DNA of 64,000 nt, from positions 68,293-132,292 of the forward strand of contig CAZDDW010000001.1 of NCBI GenBank assembly GCA_964504365.1, read 5' to 3'. Positions 29,506 through 38,564 of the stretch are shown piece after piece. Source of the DNA: an uncultured Gammaproteobacteria bacterium. Lineage in GTDB: Bacteria > Patescibacteriota > Patescibacteriia > UBA9934 > CAZDDW01. The translations under genes were made by a program, and so were the position numbers. Position 1 is the stretch's first letter, and each line of letters starts with the position of its first letter. Below the pieces are notes generated by a model. That model was not told the DNA's origin. It saw nothing but the letters and a program-made list of their open reading frames with translations, and searched no databases.

Positions 29506-29604
29506 TGTAAAAAAATTCAGATCAGTCTTGGTCCATAGATACACCTATGGACTTTTTAATTTGTAAATAAAAAAATCCCAAGCTTGGTTCACTTGGGAAA
29601 GTTG

Positions 29605-30321
29605 TCACTCTTGGAGATATCCGCAATTGTCATCCAGATAGTCGCCAATTTCAGTCAGGTCTGTTGAGATCAGCCCCAGAACGTTATCCAGGTCGTCGTC
29701 GTTGTAGTAGCCTGATCCGATGATCGTATACGAAGGTTCTCCGTTCACAGTCATCTTGACCTGATTGTCGATGATCACGGTTCCGACTTCGAATGTGCCA
29801 ATGTAGTTTCCACCCATTCCACACGGCTCGCTGTAAAGGTCAAACAAACCTTCAGGTGCCAGTCCGCATAGGAAGTGGAAGTTCTGGTCCTCGGTGATCC
29901 AGTAATCGTAGTAGGTTGCAATTAGAGCAATCTCGCTATAGGCCTGGAACAGATAATGGCCTTCGATTACATCTGTGGTTATTGGAGAATGTCCAACCTG
30001 TATTTCACCAATGAAAACGATCGGATTATCAATGGACTGGTCTATCCCATCACAATCTGTGGTCAGGTGGACTGAGAATGTGTCGAACTCAGCATCGTTA
30101 TCATCATCGTCCGTGATGTCGTCGTCCGTGACGTCATCATCAGTGGCTGTGATGTCATCATCGTCGCCCTGGGTAACATCATCGTCGTCATCCTGTACAG
30201 CGTCATCATCACTGATCATATCGAGAATAATCGTGCCAGAGCTTGGTTCGCAGCCAGAGAATCCAAAGATGGTAAAGAGCGCTCCTAAGAATAAGTTAGT
30301 CAAAGCATGATGTCGAGCCAT
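29605..30321 (-). CDS. lipoprotein with poly-Asp linker (low-GC paralog of the 27057-27743 product)
   Basis: Lipobox-like FSGC. DDDDDVTQGDDDDITATDDDVTDDDITDDDD linker. Shares CGLAPEGLFDLY and MTVNGEPSYTIIG blocks with the paralog. Confidence 0.6.
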   Translation of the reverse strand: MARHHALTNLFLGALFTIFGFSGCEPSSGTIILDMISDDDAVQDDDDDVTQGDDDDITATDDDVTDDDITDDDDNDAEFDTFSVHLTTDCDGIDQSIDNPIVFIGEIQVGHSPITTDVIEGHYLFQAYSEIALIATYYDYWITEDQNFHFLCGLAPEGLFDLYSEPCGMGGNYIGTFEVGTVIIDNQVKMTVNGEPSYTIIGSGYYNDDDLDNVLGLISTDLTEIGDYLDDNCGYLQE

Positions 30322-30925
30322 GTCATTCTCCTCAAAGTTGTAACTATTTGACCTATGCCAGACTTCAGACTGAGAAAAAACCTTATCATTTTAGTCATGT
30401 CAAGTCAATCCGGATGTTAAAAAACCCTGACATAGAAAATAAACTTGAAATAGGAATTATGATTTTGTTAGTGTCTGGCGTACATGACAAAAATTTGGCT
30501 AAGTTATGCACAATTTCGATTTGACAGTGCTTTTTTGCCATGATGAACTGAGAGTAGGAATTCCAAACACATTCATATTTGAACCTTTCAATCTAGGGTT
30601 AGGCAAAAGACTTGCGAGGTCTTTGCCACGGGCGATTCTTAAAACGAGATCTTGTTTACCCGGGCATTCTGTTCTTGGTAGGAAACTTTTATGACCCTCA
30701 GGTCATGCTAAGACAGGGTAATCGACAAACAGGAAAACGTTTACACACTTGGATTGTTTAATAGTATGCGGGTTGGGGGGAGCCAACTGTAGCTATTAGA
30801 TGATCAACAAGTGGGGCTCCCACGCCCCCGAGACCAGCTGTTCAATTACGGCTCCCATGGTCCCGGAGGCGACCGATCTATTCCAGATCGGCCCGTCTCT
30901 TGTTTTTCCAAACAAGGGATTTGTA

Positions 30926-32920
30926 ATGCGTCTGTTTTACCTGTGTGTTTCTTCTGTCTTGGTGGTGCTGCTTGGTGCACTGGCCTGTAATAACATCGTG
31001 CCCATGGGTGGGTCAGATGATCCGCCGACCAGCGATGGTGGGTTGGGCGGTGATGTCCAGCCACTGCCCGAAGGTGTTTTCCAACTACCTTTTGCGTCTG
31101 GTGAAATCCATCTTTGTACTCAAGGGGTTGGTGGCAGTTACTCTCATGATGCGGCTTCAACCTGGTGTGGTTTGGATCTGGATTCTTCAAACAGTGCTTA
31201 CGAGGAGTTGTACGCTCCAGCAAGCGGCATTGCTTACGTGCACTACGACAACTCGGATACTGGGTTTGGTTACCACATCAACATCGACCTTGGTGATGGG
31301 ACTTACTTTGTTCTTGGGCACATGGCTGAGATTTTTCTTGAGGACGCCAGTGAGGTGGTTGTTGGGATGTTGCTTGGTTACGAGGGGTGCACTGGTAGTT
31401 GCACCGGTGATCATGTGCATTTCGACTTGCATGAGGGCGATGCTACCATGATGGCCCAACACGGCACTTCAATACCAACTAGTTACTACGTGACCGATGC
31501 AACCAGTGGCAGTGAGTACATGCATCTGCCCAGTGATCAGTTTGTCTGCGATCTGTACTCTGGCCATTACTACGAGTCACACCTGACCGTAAATACCTGG
31601 CATCCAGATGGCACGCTTCTAATCTACCCGTCCAGCGGGGAAGTCTTCGTGGTTGACCGTGGTCAGTTGCACTGGATCGAGAACGAGGAAGTGTTTTGGA
31701 GCTATGGCTTTGACTTTGCTGATGCGGTGGCTATTTCTGAGCGTGAGTTGTGGTGTTGGGAAGAGTCTGGTCAGAGTATTTCTGAGCCAACTGAATATCG
31801 CTCTGTTGAAGACGAAGATGGAGTGACTTGGTTGGTTTATGAACTTGCTGACAACCCTGGTCGTTATCGACAGGTTGTTCCTGACGAGGTGTATCCGGAG
31901 ATCTTGAATAGCTGGGGTGTGAGTATCACCACGACTTACGCGCACGAAGATGGAGCGGCCATGCTATCTGACTATCCAGTGGCCACTGGTTGGGCCCGTT
32001 TGCGTGACGGTACCCTGGTTCAGGAGATCGGATCAAGCACGATCTATGTCGTGCACGAGGGCTATGCCTTGCCGATCAAGGATTGGGAAACCTATCTGAT
32101 GCTCGGCTTTGGTGATCGCTTTGTGTTCGAGGTACCAAGTGGCACACTTGGTTATGCTGTTTCTGAGATCGGAAGCTGTGATGCCAATGTTGGCTGTATC
32201 GGAATAGAGACGGTCACTGGTTGTGGTGGGGATCTGTCGATTGACTTTGTTGACGACGATCCGGTGTTCGAAGATGATGACGACGTGGTAGATGATGATG
32301 ATTCTGAATCGTCTGCTGACGATGACGATGACTCAGATACGACCGGGGACGACGATGACACAGTCGATCTCGGGGACGACGATGACATCGTTGATGATGA
32401 CGATGACACAACCGAGCTCAGCGATGACGACGACAGCTTTGGTGATGACGACATCGCCGACGATGATACAACAGAGATCACGGATGATGATGACGACACC
32501 GAGCCCTTGGGGGATGACGATGACACGACTGAGGAAGAGGTGGTCGAACCAGATCCGGATTGGCTGTTGTTAGAGATCGAGGCCACGCTCTCTGGAGCGC
32601 CGGCTGATTACGTCGAACTTTCAGGCGAGCTGCTCGATCAGCACGACACTCCTGCTGGGGGTGGCTTCTGGTGGGCAGCGCTCGAGACCGTGTATGACGA
32701 AAACACAGTTTACTGGTCTGCCTATGTCCAGAATGAGTGGAGCTTTCGCTACTCTGTCGAATACGAACGCTACGGCGTGACTTCATGGAGCTGTTTGGCC
32801 CCGTTCCCTCCAGGTACAATCACCATGACGGTTGATGCCCGGCTTGAAGGTCAGACCATCACGACCGAAGCTATTGATAACCACCTGGGTGGTTGTGAAC
32901 TATATGTTCCAGTGCCATGA
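30926..32920 (+). CDS. M23 (LytM-type) peptidase-domain protein with a long poly-Asp linker and C-terminal domain
   Basis: HxxxD (GYHINID) and HxH (GDHVHFDLH) M23 motifs. Signal peptide with Cys. About 100 aa of D-rich repeats (DDDDTVDLGDDDDIVDDDDDTTE...). Start set to MRLFYL at 30926. Confidence 0.65.
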   Translation: MRLFYLCVSSVLVVLLGALACNNIVPMGGSDDPPTSDGGLGGDVQPLPEGVFQLPFASGEIHLCTQGVGGSYSHDAASTWCGLDLDSSNSAYEELYAPASGIAYVHYDNSDTGFGYHINIDLGDGTYFVLGHMAEIFLEDASEVVVGMLLGYEGCTGSCTGDHVHFDLHEGDATMMAQHGTSIPTSYYVTDATSGSEYMHLPSDQFVCDLYSGHYYESHLTVNTWHPDGTLLIYPSSGEVFVVDRGQLHWIENEEVFWSYGFDFADAVAISERELWCWEESGQSISEPTEYRSVEDEDGVTWLVYELADNPGRYRQVVPDEVYPEILNSWGVSITTTYAHEDGAAMLSDYPVATGWARLRDGTLVQEIGSSTIYVVHEGYALPIKDWETYLMLGFGDRFVFEVPSGTLGYAVSEIGSCDANVGCIGIETVTGCGGDLSIDFVDDDPVFEDDDDVVDDDDSESSADDDDDSDTTGDDDDTVDLGDDDDIVDDDDDTTELSDDDDSFGDDDIADDDTTEITDDDDDTEPLGDDDDTTEEEVVEPDPDWLLLEIEATLSGAPADYVELSGELLDQHDTPAGGGFWWAALETVYDENTVYWSAYVQNEWSFRYSVEYERYGVTSWSCLAPFPPGTITMTVDARLEGQTITTEAIDNHLGGCELYVPVP

Positions 32921-32950
32921 GGTGTGGTTATACGGAAGACAACTCACTTC

Positions 32951-32977
32951 GACCCGATTAACCATCGGGTCTTTTTA
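32951..32977 (+). terminator. intrinsic terminator after the M23 peptidase gene
   Basis: GACCCGAT-TAACC-ATCGGGTC followed by TTTTTAC. Confidence 0.7.
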
Positions 32978-32990
32978 CTCTCTAACCTAC

Positions 32991-33011
32991 AACCAAAAGA
33001 TAACCGATCGG
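32991..33011 (+). repeat. left 21-bp inverted repeat flanking the 33041-33571 gene
   Basis: AACCAAAAGATAACCGATCGG. Its reverse complement matches 33588-33608 at 20 of 21 positions. Confidence 0.8.
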
Positions 33012-33040
33012 ATATATTTTGGTTGTAGTAGTGTAAAGAA

Positions 33041-33571
33041 ATGCAAAATAAATCGTATACAAAAAAAGAATTAGATCGACTTGTAAAAGAAATGCAATTG
33101 CTTGAGCGGCCGCTGTCTCAATGGGACTCCAATGCTTTAAAAGGTCATATTAGTCATCGAGCAAAGGTTGCGGCCCAAAAAAGGCTGAATCGACGGATTG
33201 AACAATATGATCGGTTGCGTGCACAGAAAAATCTGGTTGAACAAGGTTTGTTGAACCTTGAAAGGATAGGTAATCGAGTATATGCATCTCTGACCTTTAA
33301 TGGTCATATTGAGGCCTTAAAGGGGAGAATAATGAGTTCAGATAATAAATTGCCAGATGGTAGAGAATGTCTGGTTAGCTTTGATGTTCCGGAACATGTC
33401 AGGAATGTGCGCTGGCATATTCGTAGATTACTAAAGAATGCTGGATTTGAAATGGTTCATAAAAGCCTTTGGAAAAGCAAAAGTGATGTAGTTAAAGATT
33501 TTGTTGAGCTTATCGGATATCTTGGTATACAAGACTGGATTAAGGTTTACGTGGCAGAGCAAAAAACTTGA
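33041..33571 (+). CDS. hypothetical protein with a C-terminal Cas2/VapD-like fold signature and an N-terminal coiled-coil extension
   Basis: C-terminal ~80 aa (LVSFDVPEHVRNVRWHIRRLLKNAGFEMVHKSLWKS...IQDWIKVYVAE) follows the Cas2 pattern (hhhYDV...RR.R..hh...G.RhQ.SVF...h.hY). No CRISPR array is nearby. Confidence 0.4.
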   Translation: MQNKSYTKKELDRLVKEMQLLERPLSQWDSNALKGHISHRAKVAAQKRLNRRIEQYDRLRAQKNLVEQGLLNLERIGNRVYASLTFNGHIEALKGRIMSSDNKLPDGRECLVSFDVPEHVRNVRWHIRRLLKNAGFEMVHKSLWKSKSDVVKDFVELIGYLGIQDWIKVYVAEQKT

Positions 33572-33587
33572 TGTTACCAAAAAATTG

Positions 33588-33608
33588 CCGGTCGGTTATC
33601 TTTTGGTT
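33588..33608 (+). repeat. right 21-bp inverted repeat
   Basis: CCGGTCGGTTATCTTTTGGTT. Confidence 0.8.
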
Positions 33609-33711
33609 GCACATGTTTTGTGTGAGGTGTTGTAAGGATATAAATTAAGCTTAAAATGATCCACATTTAAGCAAGCAAAGCTGGTAAAATTATGCTATAC
33701 TAAGAACACGT

Positions 33712-36552
33712 ATGAAGCGCTTAATTATAAGGGCAACATCCTTCTTGTTAAGGTTAAAAGAAAGCAAAACAAAACCGTGGTTGGTTTTGGTCGGATTTGG
33801 TGTTGTTTTAACAGCCATTTTTTTGTTGCCTGAAGTTGTGTTTGCAACAGGTGAAGTAGGAGGAGAACCATCCGTAGTTGGTTTCATGGAGATGGCTATT
33901 GCCTGGATTGCGGGGTTCTTGGTTACTGTGGCCAAGATTCTTGGTTTAGGAATCGTTACTTTAATCAGTTTGATCATTGTACCGGTAATGCAGTACAACA
34001 ACTTTGCTAACTCAGCTGTGGTTGGTACAGGTTGGGCTGTTGTTCGTGACACAATGAACATTGGTTTTGTTATCGTGTTGCTCGTGATTGCTTTTGGAAC
34101 AATTATCGCTGGTGAATCAGGGTTTGGCGGACGTTTTAATTGGAAACAGAATTTACCGCGATTATTAATTTTTGCCATCTTGATCAACTTCAGCAGAATG
34201 CTTTGTGGACTAATGATTGATTTTGGTCAGGTGGTCATGCTGACTTTTGTAAATGCTATTCGTGATGTGGCTGGTGGAAACTTTATTCAACTGTTTGGTC
34301 TCCAAGATATAATTTCGATTAGCTCTAGTACGGTTGAGGACATGATTAATCAGGGTGAAGGACTAGACTCTTTTTGGTTGTTAGCATCGGCATTTGCTGC
34401 TGCTTTTATGATGGGTGTTGTTTTCCTAACCCTGATCTTCCTTTGCGTAATCTTGGTAATCCGCATCGTGACTCTTTGGATTTTGGTCGTGCTTTCACCA
34501 ATAGCATTTTTCCTAGGTGGTGCTGAAAAAACTTTAGGTAGTCAAGCTGGGGGAATGTACGCCGAGTGGTGGAAAAATTTTACGTCAATGGTTTTGATCG
34601 GTCCAGTTCTGGTTTTCTTCTTATGGTTAGCTTTGGCTGTGGCCGGAAGCGGGAGCATTGCCGCTTCAGAAGGTTTTACAACAACTAACTCTGGTGAAGC
34701 GGCTGGTTCGGCCGGTATTCCATTAGCAATTTTCGAAATGGATAAACTGATCAGCTTTGTTATTGGTATTGGTTTGCTTTGGGCTGGTTTTGATGCTGCT
34801 GGACGTATTGCTGGTGGCATGCCTGGTCAAGTTAAAGGAATTGTTAGTAGTTTGATTAAACCACAAGACGCTTTGCGCATGACTCAACGTTTGGCCATGA
34901 AAGGAGTTGGTGCTGTTGCCCCTGTGGCTGGTTTAGCTGCCGGGGGAGTTGGTTTGGCTGCTAGGGGAACAGGAAAAGTTGTTGCCGCACCGATCAAAGC
35001 AGGTGTGGCCGTAGGTAAGGCTGGTGTTGGTGTTGCAAAATGGGGTGCAAAAACAGGATACGCCGGTGCCAAGTGGGGTGCAAAAACAGGATACGCCGGT
35101 GCCAAGTGGGGTGCTAAGAAAGCAAAACCGTATGCGACCCAGATTCCAATTGGTAAAGGTAAAAAAGTTCAAGATATTGATAAAGTAGTTTCTGGCGAGG
35201 TGGCTAAGGCTGGAGACTGGTTGAAAACAAAAGGTGTTGCTGGTCGTTTTGCTGGTCGATATGTTAAGTCCAAGGCAACAACTCGAGTGCAGTCTCAGTA
35301 CAAAAAAGAACGTGAAGACGCTCAGGCACAGATGGGAAATTTTGCCGGTATGACCAAGGACGAAGTTTTGGAAGAAGCTCGCCGTGTTGCGGTTACACCT
35401 GAGGGACGAGCCCGTCAGCGCGCTGCTCGTTTGTATGCCAGGACAAATGGAAATATTCGCCGAAAGATGAGCACTGATGAGTATGCAGAGATGGTTGAAA
35501 GGGATAAAAAAGATGGGGCTGATAAGATGTGGAAAGGTGACAAGGCTACTAACAAGGAACTCAAAGATGCAGACTTGGCACGTATTGATGCGATTAAGGA
35601 CCCAGACCGAAGGAAGAAGGTAATGAAAGGGAAAACAGATGCAGAGGTCGTCAAAGGTTTGGACTCAACAGCTATTTCTGACGATGATACAGGGGAAGTA
35701 TGGAAGATGCTTGATGATCCAAAAAAGAAAATACGGCACGCAAACAAGGATTACACCGGAGCTGAATATCTTGAAAAATTTGGTACGTCTGCCCAGAAGG
35801 CAGCCGTTAAGAAGGTGAAAGGTATCGATGCCGATGCACAAGCCAAACTAGTTAGTGATCATGGACACTCAGCAACCACGGCTAGTGGAAAAGTTGCAGG
35901 TGCAAACCATGCCACAAAGCGATACTGGGCTGAAAATAATCCAGAGAAAATGTCATCTTCCGGATTGGCGGCTGATGGTGGTCAGTTAGCAGCTGAAATT
36001 GCCAAAGATACCAATAATCCAAAAAAGGCTGCGTTCTTGCGGGAGATTGAGGGTGATAAACAAAAGAAGGCTGCGTTCTTGGCTGGAACAGCTGGTAAGG
36101 GAACCACAAGTGCTGAGACGGCAAATATCCAGGCCAGCAGCTATGTAGTTAGTGGCGGGAACTTAAGTCAGTTGGGAAGCAACAGTGCAGAACGTCGAGG
36201 AGCGATTGATGCTTTGAAAGGAATTGATGCAGCCGCAATTGGTCAGCTAGCTGCGCAATCAGCAAACAAAACAATGCGGGCTCGCAACCCTGCTGATGGT
36301 GCTGCAGCATCAGCAGTATTTACAGATTTATTCAGTCAGATTGATAGTGCATATGTTTCTGGGCTAGATACCACTCACGGTTCTGCTGGTACATCGGATG
36401 AGGACAAGGCGGCTCTTGAAGGCACGGTCAGACAGTTGCTAACCACAATCACCCAGGCACAGAAAAAACGCATGGCTCCTGCTTCAGCCCCTGCGATGAC
36501 CACGCTTCAGAGTCAGTTACAAACAACCTTGAGCGCAATGAAGGCTCGATAA
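33712..36552 (+). CDS. VirB6/TrbL-like polytopic T4SS channel protein with a long K/A/G-rich C-terminal extension
   Basis: N-terminal ~450 aa with a signal peptide and multiple TM segments in TrbL-like arrangement. C-terminal ~500 aa hydrophilic, with a tandem KWGAKTGYAGA repeat. Confidence 0.55.
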   Translation: MKRLIIRATSFLLRLKESKTKPWLVLVGFGVVLTAIFLLPEVVFATGEVGGEPSVVGFMEMAIAWIAGFLVTVAKILGLGIVTLISLIIVPVMQYNNFANSAVVGTGWAVVRDTMNIGFVIVLLVIAFGTIIAGESGFGGRFNWKQNLPRLLIFAILINFSRMLCGLMIDFGQVVMLTFVNAIRDVAGGNFIQLFGLQDIISISSSTVEDMINQGEGLDSFWLLASAFAAAFMMGVVFLTLIFLCVILVIRIVTLWILVVLSPIAFFLGGAEKTLGSQAGGMYAEWWKNFTSMVLIGPVLVFFLWLALAVAGSGSIAASEGFTTTNSGEAAGSAGIPLAIFEMDKLISFVIGIGLLWAGFDAAGRIAGGMPGQVKGIVSSLIKPQDALRMTQRLAMKGVGAVAPVAGLAAGGVGLAARGTGKVVAAPIKAGVAVGKAGVGVAKWGAKTGYAGAKWGAKTGYAGAKWGAKKAKPYATQIPIGKGKKVQDIDKVVSGEVAKAGDWLKTKGVAGRFAGRYVKSKATTRVQSQYKKEREDAQAQMGNFAGMTKDEVLEEARRVAVTPEGRARQRAARLYARTNGNIRRKMSTDEYAEMVERDKKDGADKMWKGDKATNKELKDADLARIDAIKDPDRRKKVMKGKTDAEVVKGLDSTAISDDDTGEVWKMLDDPKKKIRHANKDYTGAEYLEKFGTSAQKAAVKKVKGIDADAQAKLVSDHGHSATTASGKVAGANHATKRYWAENNPEKMSSSGLAADGGQLAAEIAKDTNNPKKAAFLREIEGDKQKKAAFLAGTAGKGTTSAETANIQASSYVVSGGNLSQLGSNSAERRGAIDALKGIDAAAIGQLAAQSANKTMRARNPADGAAASAVFTDLFSQIDSAYVSGLDTTHGSAGTSDEDKAALEGTVRQLLTTITQAQKKRMAPASAPAMTTLQSQLQTTLSAMKAR

Positions 36553-36562
36553 ACATATTTCT

Positions 36563-38119
36563 ATGGCCCTTAAAAGGGAGGAATTACCAGCCAAAGTACA
36601 AAGCTTTTTGGAAAGCCCAGATTTAACCCAAAAAGCTTTTGATATTATTGAGAAGTATCAGGTGCCAGATGAGCAAAGTGGAGAAGTGGCATATATTATT
36701 GAGTGTGAGAATGAACAGGGTCAAATTCTTGATAAGAATTTACTGGCAAAGATCCCGCAAAGACTGCAAAAACTTACTGGATTAGATCCAGCTAAAGCAC
36801 AACAAATGGCAGTGGATTTGGTTGGAGCTTGGTTGTTGCCAATTGAAGATCAGGTTGGTGGAGTATCAGAGCTATTGAGTCAGTGGGGAGGTAAGCCTGG
36901 AGAGCATTCTGTAAAACAGGTTTCTAGAACAAATGTTACTGCTGATGAATTAGTTCGTGGTGTGGTGGAGGAGATGGGAATAAAATTTGAAGAGCCGGCA
37001 ATGGACAAACGACTGATCTTTATCTTGACTACCATGGCGCGCGGTGTTCGAACTGATTTGGATGTAATCAAGGCCTTGTCACGAAATAAAAAAGTAGGTG
37101 GTTTAGAAATGGAAGAAGGGCAGGCTAAGGAGATAGTTCAAAAGATAAAGTCGCATATTAGTGGATCTAAATTAGAAGAAGATAAGCCGGTGAGTGCTGA
37201 GGTAAAGCTTCCACCAAAGCGTGAAGTGCCCCCACCTCCAAAGTTTGATGCAACTGTAATTTCAAAACAGGACGAACAAGAGGCAGCCGCATTGGTAAAG
37301 AAGGTTACAAAAGTAGCCCAATCAATTTCAATCGAAGATGGGGTTAAGAGAGTAATCGAAGAGGTTGGTGGGCGTTTTAAAGATGAAAAAAGTAAAAAGC
37401 GTTTTGAAAAAATTGTTGATAGTCGATTGCGTGAAGTGCGTGATGCTTTTACAACGCGCACAGCACTTGAAGATCCAGTAGCCAAAGGTGGTTTGAATTT
37501 GAAAGGGAAAGAGCTGGTTGAGATCTTGCAGTCAATCGAAAAAGCCTTTGACGATTCACATCGAGTCATTGCTGAAAAGGCTGTTAAAGAAAAACAGAAG
37601 TTTGAGAAAAAGCAGGTGGAGAAAAAGCAGCAAGCAGAAGCTGATAAAGCAGAGGCCCTTGATCGACGCTATGCCAAGATGACTGGTCGACCAGCCAAGC
37701 AGCCACCAGCTGCAGTGCAGACCGAGATGTCACCGGCCAGTGTTCCGCCAAAGGGAACTAAACCAGCAGTTCAGGACATTGCTCCAGCTAGAAAGTTGGC
37801 TGGTCCAGTGCAAGAACTGGAGAATATGGATTTGGTTGGTTTCCGTCGCTTGGCTCAAGATCCAAACGAAGCCATCTTGAAAATAAAGGATAAGATTGAG
37901 CTGCTAGAATCAGAATCATATGCCAAGCGGATCGCTGGTGTTAAGGGTTGGCAAAGTAGTCCAGTAAATAAAATGTACGTTGATTTAACTCGTCAGGCCT
38001 TGGTCACGGGTAAACCTATTGAACAAGTGGCAGCTGCTAAACAAAAAGGCGGCAGTGACTCATTAAGCAAAGAAGAGATTCAAGCAATCATGAAACTGAA
38101 CAATCAGCTCAGATTCTGA
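36563..38119 (+). CDS. hypothetical hydrophilic K/E-rich protein within the T4SS-like cluster
   Basis: 518 aa, no TM segment. Assigned by operon context only. Confidence 0.4.
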   Translation: MALKREELPAKVQSFLESPDLTQKAFDIIEKYQVPDEQSGEVAYIIECENEQGQILDKNLLAKIPQRLQKLTGLDPAKAQQMAVDLVGAWLLPIEDQVGGVSELLSQWGGKPGEHSVKQVSRTNVTADELVRGVVEEMGIKFEEPAMDKRLIFILTTMARGVRTDLDVIKALSRNKKVGGLEMEEGQAKEIVQKIKSHISGSKLEEDKPVSAEVKLPPKREVPPPPKFDATVISKQDEQEAAALVKKVTKVAQSISIEDGVKRVIEEVGGRFKDEKSKKRFEKIVDSRLREVRDAFTTRTALEDPVAKGGLNLKGKELVEILQSIEKAFDDSHRVIAEKAVKEKQKFEKKQVEKKQQAEADKAEALDRRYAKMTGRPAKQPPAAVQTEMSPASVPPKGTKPAVQDIAPARKLAGPVQELENMDLVGFRRLAQDPNEAILKIKDKIELLESESYAKRIAGVKGWQSSPVNKMYVDLTRQALVTGKPIEQVAAAKQKGGSDSLSKEEIQAIMKLNNQLRF

Positions 38120-38131
38120 TAGTATATAAGT

Positions 38132-38563
38132 ATGGAACGATTTGTAGTACCACAATTTATTGATGTAGAAGACAAGATTATTGGTCCTGTAACAACACGC
38201 CAGTTTGTTTTAATGTTGTTTCCAGCCCTGACCGGAGGACTGTTTTTCAAGATTTTTGATTTCTCCTTGTTCCTTCTGGTTACAATCCCAATGGTAATCG
38301 CTTTTGGCTTACTTGCTTTTTTCAAAGTCAACGGCATGCCTTTACATTTTTTCTTATTAAATTTGTTGCAGAGCTTGCGTAAACCGACTTTAAGAGTGTG
38401 GGACAAAAATTTACAGGACGATGAGATTCGGCTGAGGCTTAAAGTTGAAAAAGTTGCACCTCCACCCTCACCCCCACGCAAAGCCCCAATTTCACGCAGC
38501 CGCTTACACGAGCTGACCTTAGTAGTAAATACTGGTGGCGTTTATCAACCAGAGGAAGAATAG
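38132..38563 (+). CDS. PrgI/VirB3-like small membrane protein
   Basis: 143 aa with two TM segments after TTRQFVLMLFPALTGGLFF. It sits directly upstream of the VirB4 homolog, as in Gram-positive T4SS. Confidence 0.5.
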   Translation: MERFVVPQFIDVEDKIIGPVTTRQFVLMLFPALTGGLFFKIFDFSLFLLVTIPMVIAFGLLAFFKVNGMPLHFFLLNLLQSLRKPTLRVWDKNLQDDEIRLRLKVEKVAPPPSPPRKAPISRSRLHELTLVVNTGGVYQPEEE

Positions 38564-38564
38564 T

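Noticed and set aside
29052-29544. Minus-strand ORFs 29052-29426 and 29293-29544 competing with the plus-strand small ORF 29242-29505
   Set aside because: The plus-strand ORF is positioned exactly behind the conserved leader and RBS repeat, as at the 27995 locus. The minus-strand ORFs lack start context.
27057-33608. IS element or prophage interpretation of the repeat-rich accessory stretch
   Set aside because: No transposase, integrase or phage structural genes were recognisable. The repeats are short leader or operator-like elements attached to gene starts, not terminal repeats of an IS. The exception is the IR pair around 33041-33571, which is reported as a finding rather than called a mobile element.
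32920-33720. Looked for a CRISPR array or further cas genes around the Cas2-like gene
   Set aside because: No direct-repeat/spacer periodicity in the flanks. Only the single 21-bp inverted-repeat pair is present, so no CRISPR feature was called.
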